A stretch of 63,963 bases of DNA, filler included, from Reticulomyxa filosa (lineage: Eukaryota; Protista; Foraminifera): assembly GCA_000512085.1 (NCBI GenBank). It is 14 parts of 14 records of this genome, joined end to end, with 100 filler letters (N's around TTAATTAATTAA, not from the genome) between each part and the next. Parts side by side here need not be neighbours in the genome. Positions count along the whole stretch, not along the records: positions 48,883 to 61,455 come from ASPP01011392.1; positions 61,556 to 62,863 come from ASPP01033080.1; positions 62,964 to 63,963 come from ASPP01007216.1; 11 more parts are not named here. One strand, written 5' to 3'. Below the pieces are notes generated by a model that saw only the letters and a list, made by a program, of their open reading frames with translations, did not search any database and was not told where the DNA came from. This document shows, one piece after another, positions 53,528-63,963 of the stretch (within the stretch, counting starts at the first letter, position 1; each line of letters starts with the position of its first letter). Made by a program: the position numbers and the translations under genes.

Positions 53528-54926
53528 GAATCAAATTCAACAAAACAAAAAACATAACAAAACGAACACAACATATTTTTTTTTTTTTTTTTTTGCAATC
53601 TTTTTTTTTTTGTAAATCCAAAAGTAACATTATTAAAAAAAAAAGGCACTATAAGTGCATATACAATTTTTGCGCCACGAAATTATTGAGTCGGGAAAGA
53701 ATGCTTCTTTGATTCAATTTTTTGAGCATTCAAACATTTGTGGATTGACAGGGAGGGGGGGGGGATGAAAAAGTTTTTTTTTTTCTTTTAAGATATGATA
53801 TTTCTGAAATGGAAAAAAAATCTCAAAACTTTTTTCATAGTGTTACTCTTTAAAAAAGGACTACTTTTTGCTGGCTTTGTTTGTTTGAAATGTTTTGTAA
53901 TTGCCGTACAAATGTCTTCAACGAACACTCAATCTCTGACACTGAAATTATCAATCCGAAGGAATTATCATATTTTAATGTTTTGGATTTATCTCATTTT
54001 AAAAAAGAAGAATGTGCAAAATAAGATTTAGGAAAATAGTCCTGGTGCATTATAGTATCATTTTTCATTTGTGACATATATTGCCGCGTTGTTTTCGTTT
54101 GTCGTTTTGTTTCTTTAATTCAACTTTTTGTGTTGGTTTTGAAATTAGCCCGAAAGAGCTATATTTTTGATTACACTTAATTCTCTCTAGTACGATCTCA
54201 TTACTCCTATTATTAAATTTGTGCTGTGTGCTGATAGCAACATGCACATTTATTCGAAAAGACGTACGCAAAGTAAAAAATTGAAGAATATTAATATGAC
54301 AAATACCCATATGCAGGGTAAGTCAGTGCCTTAACTCTCAAGGAATCTTGGAGTCCCTGTGAGTTAAACTCTCAACAATAGCACTTCTCTTTTCTTGTTT
54401 TCGTTGTATTCTTTGTCGTTTGTGAATTATTTTTATTTAATTATTTTCATTTTACTGAAATTTTGTTTCTTGGAACAAAGTTCGTTTCGTATTACACTTC
54501 GTCGTAACTCACTGTTCCTATACAGATGTCAAATTAGTATAATACCCAAATTTAGAGATTTTTTCATAGCAATGTAATTCAAAAGCTTTTAAATAAAGAA
54601 AAGACTTTTAATTTTAGTATTAGCCAATAATGATTCAATGCACAATGTTATGCTTGGGCTATAAATTGTCGATTTCATTTTAATTATGCAGGTAAATGTT
54701 GTCATTAAACTTTAAATGATTTTCTTTAAATGAATAGACGGAAGGTTGATTGTGATTAGTAGTATATTCAATGATGTAACAAATACAAAATTTTGTTTAA
54801 ATAGTCGCTTTTTCATGTTTTGTTCAACTGATAAACACTCGAAATTGTAGATCAAACAACCAAAGTTGTTTCATACAAAAAATTTGATCAAAAGCAATCT
54901 TTTATTTTTAATAAAAAAGAATGCAA

Positions 54927-56139
54927 TTACTTGAAAAGATATTTGTCGATTAGTGTGTCAAACTCATCAATCCATCCGGTGGGAGCACATAAGCTCTCCA
55001 TCCTCCAATTTTCAATCACTAGACTTGTTAGGCCCTCTGGCCACTTTCGATCCAGGCAAATAAAAAGAAAAAAAGGAAAAGTATATCCACATGTGTTCTT
55101 TTTTTTGTTTGTTTGTTTAAACAATATTTTTTCAAAAAAAAGTGTAATAATGCAAAACTTGAGTAAGCAATAAATGAGTGTTTTGCGCATCGGACTGGCT
55201 ATCTTCACCACCAATGACATGGAAGTGCAAACGATGAAGGACAGAGAAGGCGACAACAGAGAAAGAAGAAAGCGGAGAAGGGAGTTGGAAGGATGCTTGG
55301 AGCCACAGTTTGTTGTGGATGTCATAAATGAAAATGTGCGGAAGTATGTTAGTACCACCGCAATAGCCTCCAAACACAAAAATATGGTCATCCAAACGTG
55401 CACAATCAAACTTGGAGTAACTCTTTAAAAACGTGCACGGAGGCAGTACCTCGTATACAAACTCGCGTTTTTGTTCATTGTATTCAACGAACGTATTTGT
55501 GTGAGTGGAAATATAAAAAAATTGATTGGTTGATAGCGGCACAAGCGCATGGAACCAAGCCGATGCGTTTTCAGAGGATGGTAATACGTCGTTTTGGAGT
55601 GAGTCCAATCGACTAAGCGTGTCGATATCAATGACACGTATATTCTTGCCATTGTCCGAAAAAAACAAGAGATGATGCTGAGAGCCACCAATGATTGGAC
55701 TGATATCACTTAAGTCGTATCCTTCATATTTTCCAATTATATTCCCTGTTATGATATTCCATTCATTCTTATGATTACTTGCTTTTTTGGCCTCCTCTTG
55801 CATCCACACACTCCGATATTTCATCATCAATGTGCTGTATTTTACTCCCGAAATTACACTCCCTCCAAACGACAATAGTGTCACACTGTTGCTGTTATCT
55901 TCGGAGCTGCATGCAACTACTGAATGCTTCACTATTGGGATGTTAACGGGGTAGGAACATATTGGCTTATACTTCTGCTCATATATGTGATACGAAAAGC
56001 ATCGCTTGTCGTTCAGACCTCCGCATATCAGAATTTCATCACCAAAGTGAATACATTGCGCTCCACGGACCCGAAACGGTAATTTCGGGGTAAAGCAATT
56101 CAAAAAACGCTGTTTTGAGATGGCTTGTTTATTTTCCAT
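54927..56139 (-). CDS. Kelch-repeat protein with C-terminal W/GWI module
   Basis: ILICGG, LLSFGG, IFVFGGY..IFIYD...W and FHVIGGED; phase-0 intron 55044-55158; last exon WPEGLTSLVIENWRMESLCAPTGWIDEFDTLIDKYLFK*; paralogous to 38099-39321. Confidence 0.85.
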
Positions 56140-56436
56140 TTACCATAATATTTGAAGGGAGAGCAAAAAAAAAAGTCAACGACATTTTTAACAAAAACAG
56201 AAGCTAAATTTCGCATCCTCGAGTTCAATAGTACAAGAAAAAGAAAAAAGCACGCAGCCGATTTTTTCATTGAGTCAAATCCCAGAGAAATGTTTAGCCA
56301 CCTCAAAGGTGTTGGCTTTCAAAAAGGGAGAAGACGTTCCAATAGCAAAAAAAAAAATCTTTGAAATTTTTTTGTCTTCCAGTGTTAATCCCCACGTTCC
56401 TTTTTTTTGTAGAAATTTCTATAAAATCACAAAAAA

Positions 56437-57753
56437 ATGGCATCTTTATTGCAAGCAGAGACGTCGAAGGGTGTGGTGAGCTCACATCTATGTCCCTTTT
56501 TGGAGGTGTCTCAGTGGGTATCAGTAGCGAGTGTGTGTAAGATATTTTTAAGCGCATTTATGAAATATTTGGAGTCAAAAGAAGCAGCAGCAAAATTCGG
56601 CAAAGGTGTGGCTACAACAGCCCTAAAGCAATGGTTTCTTTCTCCATTTCAGCCTTCCATTGTGTTATTGCACCAGTTGCGAAAAAGTTAACATATTGCA
56701 AAAAAAAAAAAAAAAACGCAAACCTTTGCTAATAACCTTTTTTTTTTAATTTTATTTTCCCTTTGCATATGCATATTAACACTGTGAAAGGGGCAATGTA
56801 CATACACACACTTTCGTCGAAAACTAAAAAAAAAAAAAAAGAGGGCGTTGCATTTGGTCCTGAGCAGGCACCGGAGTTGGTGACACAACTGAAGAAATAC
56901 TTTGTGAAAAACGACAGAATAGGGATTCGAATGATGAGTCAATTTGGAGTTGATTGTCGGCCACTTTTGCCTTATATCTTCGACGTGTCGCGAACTTACG
57001 ACAGCGGCTGTGTGATCGAAATACTGCTTTCGCCAAGCGTCCCTTTTGCCAAAGGTTTTCGCGGAATTCCATTCCATCAATACTTTGTCTTATTAGGTTA
57101 GGTTTAAAAGAAGGGAGCAATTTGGGGGAGGGGGTATACGTATTCTACTTTTAATTGATTAATTATATAATTTGATAATTAAAATAAAAGAATTAAATAA
57201 CATAACAAAAATAAAAATATAAAATATAAAATATAAAATGAAGGGAAGATCGATTATTTGCGACAATTGAAAAAAAAAAATAAAAGACATTGACTTTAAT
57301 TACAAAGATCGCAACGACCAAAACTTGGCTTGTTGGGCAGTTTGCGCGCCGCAAAATGAACTGGCGCTGTTGGAGTTTTTGCACAAAGACTGTAACGTGG
57401 ATATGACATTGGGCGATAAATGGGGGGTCAATGCAGCCCTCACGGCGGTGATTCATAAGAAACTTGACTGCGTCCGCTTCTTGGTGGACAGGTGTGGAGT
57501 GGACATCAATTACACCAATAACGATGGCAGGACTTTGGCTCACGAGTGCGCCGAACGTGGCTGCGACGCTATTTTAGAATACTTGATTCAAAAGGGTATT
57601 GATTTGTCCATTAAAACAAAAACTTATGAAAAAGAAACTGCTTACGATTTAGCGAATGTTTACTTGCAAAAAAAATGCGTGGAGTTGCTTAAACCTTGGA
57701 AAGAAAAGCAAAAGGAACAAGACAGCGAAACCGAATCCAAGCAAAAAGAGTAA
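56437..57753 (+). CDS. Ankyrin repeat protein (multi-exon)
   Basis: GVNAALTAVIHKKLDCVRFLVD..GVDINYTNNDGRTLAHECAERGCDAILEYLIQKGIDLSIK; upstream exons from ATG 56437. Confidence 0.8.
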
Positions 57754-58284
57754 ATGTTTGCGCGCTGTTGATGTTTGCTGTATAACTGTTGTTTGATCAT
57801 TGCAACAGTTGTGGAAATATGTTTTAATGCAGTGGGATCCCCCCTTGCACACTACATAACACACTGGACCGATCAACAAACACAACAGCTATGTTTCATG
57901 AGAAGGAATATAAGTTTACCCTTTTGTTGAGTCACAATTTCACCAACATCTTCTTTGATTTTAATCAAGATAACGTGTCCTCATGCGACATCAAACATTC
58001 AACACCCTTGCTCTCTCTTTATTTCAGCACAGTGCACTTGCAACTCTGTTCGAAAAATATAACTGCTTATTTTTTCCTATCAAGTTCCCTTTTTACTCTT
58101 ACTCATAAATTTGATTTATTTTCAACGAATAATATATGCAACAAATAACGAGACTGTTTGAAGTTAATTTGGTGGAATGAGTAAATCAAGTTATTTAGAA
58201 AATCTCACTTAGGAAAATTATTAAGTGATATGAACATCAACGCCAAAACTTTTTCAATCTACACAGATCGTTTAGGTCTATCAA

Positions 58285-61115
58285 TTATGCGTCATTTTCA
58301 TCTAATTTTGGCATAATCATTTCTTGCCCAACGCTGAATACGCCTCGACCTTGGCTCAACAAGCCTGGTAAATGTGGCACGTACGCCACTTGTTTCAGTC
58401 CTCTTAATGCATCAGCTTGAACTTGCATTGCTGTGCACATTCACAAGGAAAAGGTTTTGGCTCAGTTACAAAGCAGTCACAACACACAGACAGATAAATG
58501 AGAATAAAATTAACCTGCCAATTGTCGACCCAAATTTGTCGATTCCACTTGTCTGTGAACAAAAGAAATTTGACCTTAACACGATCAAAATACCACACAA
58601 AAAAAGGTCTTAACTTTGCATAATCGGACTCACCCAATCCTTTTAATTTCAAAGCTTCTTTTTCTGCAGTAGCCTTAATGACAACGGCATCTGTTAATCA
58701 AATGGTGAGACAGTGTAATCTAGTAACTAAGCGCAGCTGCAAGAAATAAAAGACAACAAACCTGCGTCTGCCTGAGCCCTGGCTCGAATCATACCGGTTG
58801 CTGTATAACACACATCATTCATTTCCGCGTACTAACCCCCACATGCAATTCTAGCACAACTCTCACCCCTTCAAACATACCTGCTTCCGTGTCAATTCGA
58901 GTTTGGGTTGCTCTTGTTTCAGCCTCCACTGTAAACACATTACAAAATTAGTTCGATTGTTATATTTCTGTGTATGTTGAAAAAAAAAGCAAAAATTTCG
59001 AACCGGTGACAATGGCTTGTTGCTTTTGCAACATGATGAAACGGTTGTGTTGCTTCGTTACATCAATGGCTTGAGCACTGTTGTGTGGCCAATACAAAAC
59101 TCAACATTAAAATTTGCAAAAGTCAAGCTAGCTCCCTCCCCCCCTTCTTGGTCCTTAACCCTCGTCAATACAATACACTCCGAGACAGGCCGAGCAACAA
59201 ACCTGATATCTTTTTGCAATTGATCATCGTAGATCTTCAAAGATTCAATTCTATAATTTTGTCAACATTTGCGTCGATATTTAGCAAAATTAAAAAAAGT
59301 CTAACCAACCAACGAGAAAAAAAGTGCTATTTTTTGTTTTTTTAATACCGAATATTTTGGATTTCAATTCCCCAGCTGTTCAACACATGATCGTGTAACA
59401 AGGTAATGAATTCGTCTGTTTCAAGCAAGACAGCAACAAATCATCTGTTGTATCTAAGTGCGCTTTTTTCCCCCTTCTTCTCCAAAAATGCTTCCCCTTT
59501 TGCTCTTTTTTTTTTCCTTCTTTCCCCCAACAAAATCGAAAGAAAGAAAAACAACGACGTTCATACCGTGAACATGTTGAAAGAAAGGTTGTCCTGCTCC
59601 TTGGGTCACTATATGTTTTTTTTAAATGGGATCAAAAGTGTCAAAATCAAGTGTTTTTTTACTAAAGACAAGGAGGGAAAACAAAAGTTACCTGCTTGTT
59701 GAATATTTGCAGCTGTTTGCGCGTCCGCTTCTTTAAGGTCACCATCTTTTTTTTTGTTGTAGAAAGGCTGGGAGCGCGAAGCAACGTCCGACAGGGAAGA
59801 GCTTCGGATGATTCCTGCCAACGTAGCCACTGACGTTTCGGTGATTTGGTGTTGAATGTTTTGGATATTCAACAATGCTTTTCTTGCATCAAGTATTCGA
59901 TAGAACACAGCTGTTTCATTTTTATTTTTGAAAATCGCATTTTCAACAATAAACAACTGACAAAAAAAAAAAAAAAAAAAGCGTAAAGTGTTTGATAAAT
60001 GTCACATCATCGTTTATTTACCAGCTTTAATGGCCAAAGGTACGTAGTCCGATGTATCGTGCACGCCTTCAGGAAGATCTAATATTGACAACTGAGTGGA
60101 CAAAAAGTCGCCAAATCGGTCAGGAGGGGTAATCAAATGCAGTCCGGGTTCCAATATTTCCAAGTTTCCTGCGCGATAGCAATAGCCAATCCAACCTTTT
60201 TTTTTTTGTTACAATTATCATGTTACACGTTACAATTTTTTTTTTTTTTTAGAAATTCTTTTTGCTTTTGAAACAGTTTTAGCATATGTATACGTATTAT
60301 GTATGTTTTTTTAAAAAAATTAAGTACCCATTTCCACACGGATGACTTCGATTTGATCCAACAGCGTTCTTCGATCACGTAAGGTGACAAAGCCCTTGAA
60401 CAAAAAGGTATTCGATCGGATAATGTGTCTTCCTGTAGACCGTTAGGTTCGTCACAACAAAAGCAACACTTATGAGAGAAAGCTGGCGAAGGAGCATGCA
60501 AGGAACAAAGAAATCTAATTTTTTTTTTTTTAACCTTGAGACAACAGGATCGGATGTCCATCGTTCAAATCAAGGCCATAGCCCAATTCACCTCGTTTCA
60601 CTTTGATAATGAAAATTGGGCCGTGACGGATTACTTGATCGGTTTCGTTCACAATCGCCAAAAATTCATTCCACGGACTCAAAAGTGTGTGTCGTCCAGG
60701 GCCCAACAATTGTGGCTCATCACCGTATTGGGTAAGGCCAATTTGCCCCTTTTTTTTTTTTGAAAAAGATAGACTTTTTCTGTCAATGTTGATGTATTTC
60801 CCTACTCTCCCTTCGCTCCCTCTCTGATTTTGTTTGCTTTCTCTCCTCCTTTCCCTTTTTCTGTTCTCTTACCTGCTTTACGACAACCATACGGCATGCA
60901 GAGTAGCAACACAACACTGCGGACAGACACGAATGTAATGCGCTATATGCTGGACTGCGCTCGACAAAAGCGATCGTTTCTTTTGTATCTTGTGGACGAA
61001 CTACGTATTGTCGCAATCTAGGAGCGGTTCATTATTATTTTAATATGTTTGTTTATATATGTGTTATATACGTATGAAACTCGTGCTGCCAACTGTTGTC
61101 TCTTATGTCATTCAT
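58285..61115 (-). CDS. Vacuolin-like SPFH/band-7 protein (multi-exon)
   Basis: Repeated beta modules (GQIGLTQYGDEPQLLGPGRH, GELGYGLD, GYCYRAGNLEILEPGLH), SPFH core AVFYRILDARKALLNIQNI...TSVATLAGIIRSSSLSDV...WGIEIQNIR, and an alanine-rich coiled-coil C-terminus ending ...KLDENDA*. Confidence 0.75.
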
Positions 61116-61634
61116 TTAGTAAAGACTAAATAACTCCTTTGGCAGCTGGTGAATGAGTCTGTTGCCATTAGTAGAACACAACAATGCATTAACACAAACA
61201 TCGAATTTTCTGCTTCATGTGATGAGGAAGGTAGTGTACAACACAAACTTACGGGTCATCCGTTTCTGACTCAAATTTCTCGTCGTTCTGCTGTTGAGTC
61301 AACAATAATTTTTCACTTGTTGTCATGTTTTTGTAAACGAATAGGGCTTGGAAGGATAAAAGGGAACAGAACAAAAAAAAACTAACGCAAGGTTTGTTTC
61401 TAAAACACAAAATTTTTTTTTAGAAACACAAGACGTATCAAATGCTAAACTTGCANNNNNNNNNNNNNNNNNNNNNNNNNNNNNNNNNNNNNNNNNNNNT
61501 TAATTAATTAANNNNNNNNNNNNNNNNNNNNNNNNNNNNNNNNNNNNNNNNNNNNAAAAAGTATTTGTGTGGCAAATGAAAACACAAACACAAACACAAA
61601 AAATATTTATACAGCGATGGAAAATACAAATAGT

Positions 61635-61832
61635 CCAGAAAATCAAAATGAAAGTACGAATACAAAAAGTATTCGTGCATCAATGGGAAATGCAACCAAT
61701 CAATCTAACACAAAAAGTATTACAACAACTGGTCCAGAAAATCAAAATGAAATCACAAATACAAAAAGTATTCGTGCATCAATGGAAAATTCAACCAATC
61801 AATCTAACACAAAAAGTATTATAACAACAACT
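61635..61832 (+). repeat. Direct tandem repeat, 2 x 99 bp, in an N/T/S-rich low-complexity ORF
   Basis: ccagaaaatcaaaatgaa...aaaaagtatt at 61635 and 61734. Confidence 0.85.
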
Positions 61833-61999
61833 GGTGCAGCCATATCAAATTCAACCACTCCAAAAAATTATTACAAACAGTATTTACACAGCCGTCCAGC
61901 AAATACAAAGAAAATTACAACTAAAAAAAGTATGTAAATACATCACCAGTCCAGAAAATACAAATCAACATACAACTAAAAATTTTTTTGAATATAGGA

Positions 62000-62345
62000 A
62001 ATGGAAACGGAAATGGAAATAATAACAGAAACGGAGATGGTAATGGAAATAGTAACAATAATGGAAATGGAAACGAAAACGGAAATGACAATGGCAATAG
62101 AAATAACAACAGAAACGGAGATGGTAATGGAAATAGTAACAATAATGGAAATGGAAACGAAAACGGAAATGACAATGGCAATAGAAACAACAACAGAAAC
62201 GGAGATGGTGACGGAAATATTAACAGTAATGGAAATGGAAACGGAAACGAAAATAGAAATGGTAATGGAAACAGCAACAGCAACATCAACGGAAATGGAA
62301 ACAATAATTGTAACATCAACGGAAACGGAAACGTAAACATTAATG
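62000..62345 (+). repeat. GGAAAT/GGAAAC-based (Asn-Gly) low-complexity array with an 84-bp higher-order repeat
   Basis: agaaacggagatgg recurs at 62027, 62111 and 62195. Confidence 0.85.
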
Positions 62346-62989
62346 AAAATATCAAAGGAAATATAAATTATAATATCAATTGTAATATCAATAGTCAAAA
62401 AAAAAAGGTAATTTTCTTTTTATTAATATTAATCTTTTTACTACATTGTGTTTTGTTTTTATATAAAGAAAAAATGTAGAAAAAGGAAATTAAAAAATAT
62501 AATTGAAAATGATCAAGATCAAAGATTATTCGAACATGAATCGAAAGTATATATTATTGATGATGATGCTGATGCTATTGGAAAAAATATTGGTATTAAT
62601 GCACGAGTTTAGTCAGTCAATGGAATTTACTTTAATTTATATATATTATATATATAAATGTATAAAATTACATTATATAAAAAATAAAAAATATATAGAT
62701 TATTAAAAGAAATAGTCGTCATTAGATTGAATATTCAAAGCATATTATCAGATCAAATTAATGTTAAAGAATTAGAAATATCAAAATTATATGGATAGTT
62801 ATCAAAAGTATCTGGGATTTACTTGAAGTAAAAAAGCTGTTTGAAATCGAAAATAGTAACTGTNNNNNNNNNNNNNNNNNNNNNNNNNNNNNNNNNNNNN
62901 NNNNNNNTTAATTAATTAANNNNNNNNNNNNNNNNNNNNNNNNNNNNNNNNNNNNNNNNNNNNAAAAAAAAAAAAAAAAAATTTATAAC

Positions 62990-63923
62990 CGTTTTGATAA
63001 TAGTGACTTTGCTTTCCGAAAAGAAAGACGGGCTGAGCAACACAAATAAGTCCGATGACGGTGACAAGCAAGGAGATGAGATGAACGACCGACATATGTT
63101 CCTTCAGGAAGACGCGCCCGATGACGGCGGTGAAGATAGGATACAACGAGAACAACAACACGGCATCTCCCAAAGGGAGGACGGTAAGCCCCCAAAAGTA
63201 CAAAATGGCGCCACCCCCGCCAAAGGCCCCTCTGGCGAGCAAAAACGCCCACGTTCGCCAAGACATTTGCTTGCGCACAAACTTCCAGTGCGAAGTCACG
63301 TCGCTGTGAAAGAAATTTCCTTCGTTTTTCGACTTCAACTGTCGCTTTCGTTTCTCATGTCGCTCCTTCGACTTCCGTAACGACAGGCGATCCAGTCCGC
63401 CCCAGCGCAATTCGTTTCGATTTTTTATTGAATTCATTGTAAATAACTCGTGCTCACTTTCCAATTCATTCTCTTCATTTTCATTATTTTCAGTATTATT
63501 ATTATTATTATTATCATTGTTATTATCATTATTATTATCATTATTATATTCATTATTTATTTTAGTTGATTGCACCACAACTTTTTGTGGATTGTTGTTT
63601 TTATCTTTTTCCTTTTGCTTCTTTTTCTTGTCTTTTTGCTTAGTGCGACGCATACAATTGCAATTCATTTTCTCTCCACAGCTTCTACTACCACTACCAC
63701 TACCATCACTAGTACTACTACTACTACTACTACTACTACTATTAGCACTACTGCAGTTGTCTTGGTACAATACGTATACTACTGTCAACACCAACTGACA
63801 CAACGCACGACCCGCGCTTATTTCGCCCGACTTAATGCCAGAATGGGACGTCACTTGGACCAACAGTCCCATTATCGAAAAGAAAAACGCCGACACGATC
63901 ATTGAGCCCGTCCCAATTATCAC
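62990..63923 (-). CDS. EamA/DMT transporter (SLC35G-like), N-terminal half with a large low-complexity insert
   Basis: SAFFFSIMGLLVQ...EISAGRALCQ; LLARGAFG...LPLGDAVLLFSLYPIFTAVIGRVFLKE...GLICVAQPVFLFG. Confidence 0.88.
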
Positions 63924-63963
63924 ATCGCGATGGCTGCTCTGGGTGCTTCATCCGTCCAATCTA

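Noticed and set aside
8202-56139. Apparent cluster of ubiquitin/p97 genes (UBR4, PUL, HECT, TUG, RBR, Kelch, WD40)
   Set aside because: They lie on different contigs joined artificially, so co-location carries no information.
61635-62345. Direct repeats considered as a CRISPR array
   Set aside because: The units are contiguous tandem repeats without unique spacers, there are no cas genes, and the context is eukaryotic.
61921-62479. Overlapping ORFs in several frames (FPFP, ISIS, METEME, NGNG)
   Set aside because: These are stop-free readings of a hexamer-based low-complexity array; at most one frame is coding.
16302-62963. Thirteen regularly recurring TTAATTAATTAA palindromes flanked by Ns, superficially like a repeat array
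   Set aside because: These are identical 100-bp synthetic linkers with stops in six frames, an assembly concatenation artefact.

Overview
This window is eukaryotic, AT-rich and intron-containing, and it is not one continuous locus. It consists of 14 contigs joined by 13 artificial 100-bp linkers (N44-TTAATTAATTAA-N44), so adjacency across linkers means nothing. Gene content and style (Kelch and WD40 families, TRAF pseudogene, axonemal dynein, long homopolymers, (TA)n/(CA)n introns) suggest a rhizarian protist such as the foraminiferan Reticulomyxa filosa; that attribution is an inference. Recognisable genes: a ~2,000-aa uncharacterised protein (possibly Dictyostelium AbpF-like), an UNC-93/MFSD11 fragment, UBR4/BIG, two HPD-less J-like proteins, G-alpha, an STI1-thioredoxin-PUL protein, U2AF35, a ZIP transporter, HECT and RBR E3 fragments, LRR, BRWD/PHIP-like WD40, two Kelch proteins, MAPEG, WD40, outer-arm dynein heavy chain, MJ1316-domain, TUG-like, VPS9, a La-related protein, ankyrin, vacuolin-like SPFH and EamA/SLC35G. 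There is also a degenerate non-LTR retrotransposon and pseudogenes. Four observations stand out. (1) Many introns end in poly(A)-AG rather than a polypyrimidine tract, and the window's U2AF35 has Arg at the position of human Ser34. (2) An unnamed ~33-aa 'W-x(8-10)-GWI' module follows a phase-0 intron in three beta-propeller genes and is a candidate new adaptor box. (3) There is a strand-symmetric [A-tract][G-rich to C-rich][T-tract] compositional pattern. (4) Several proteins have unusual domain fusions.
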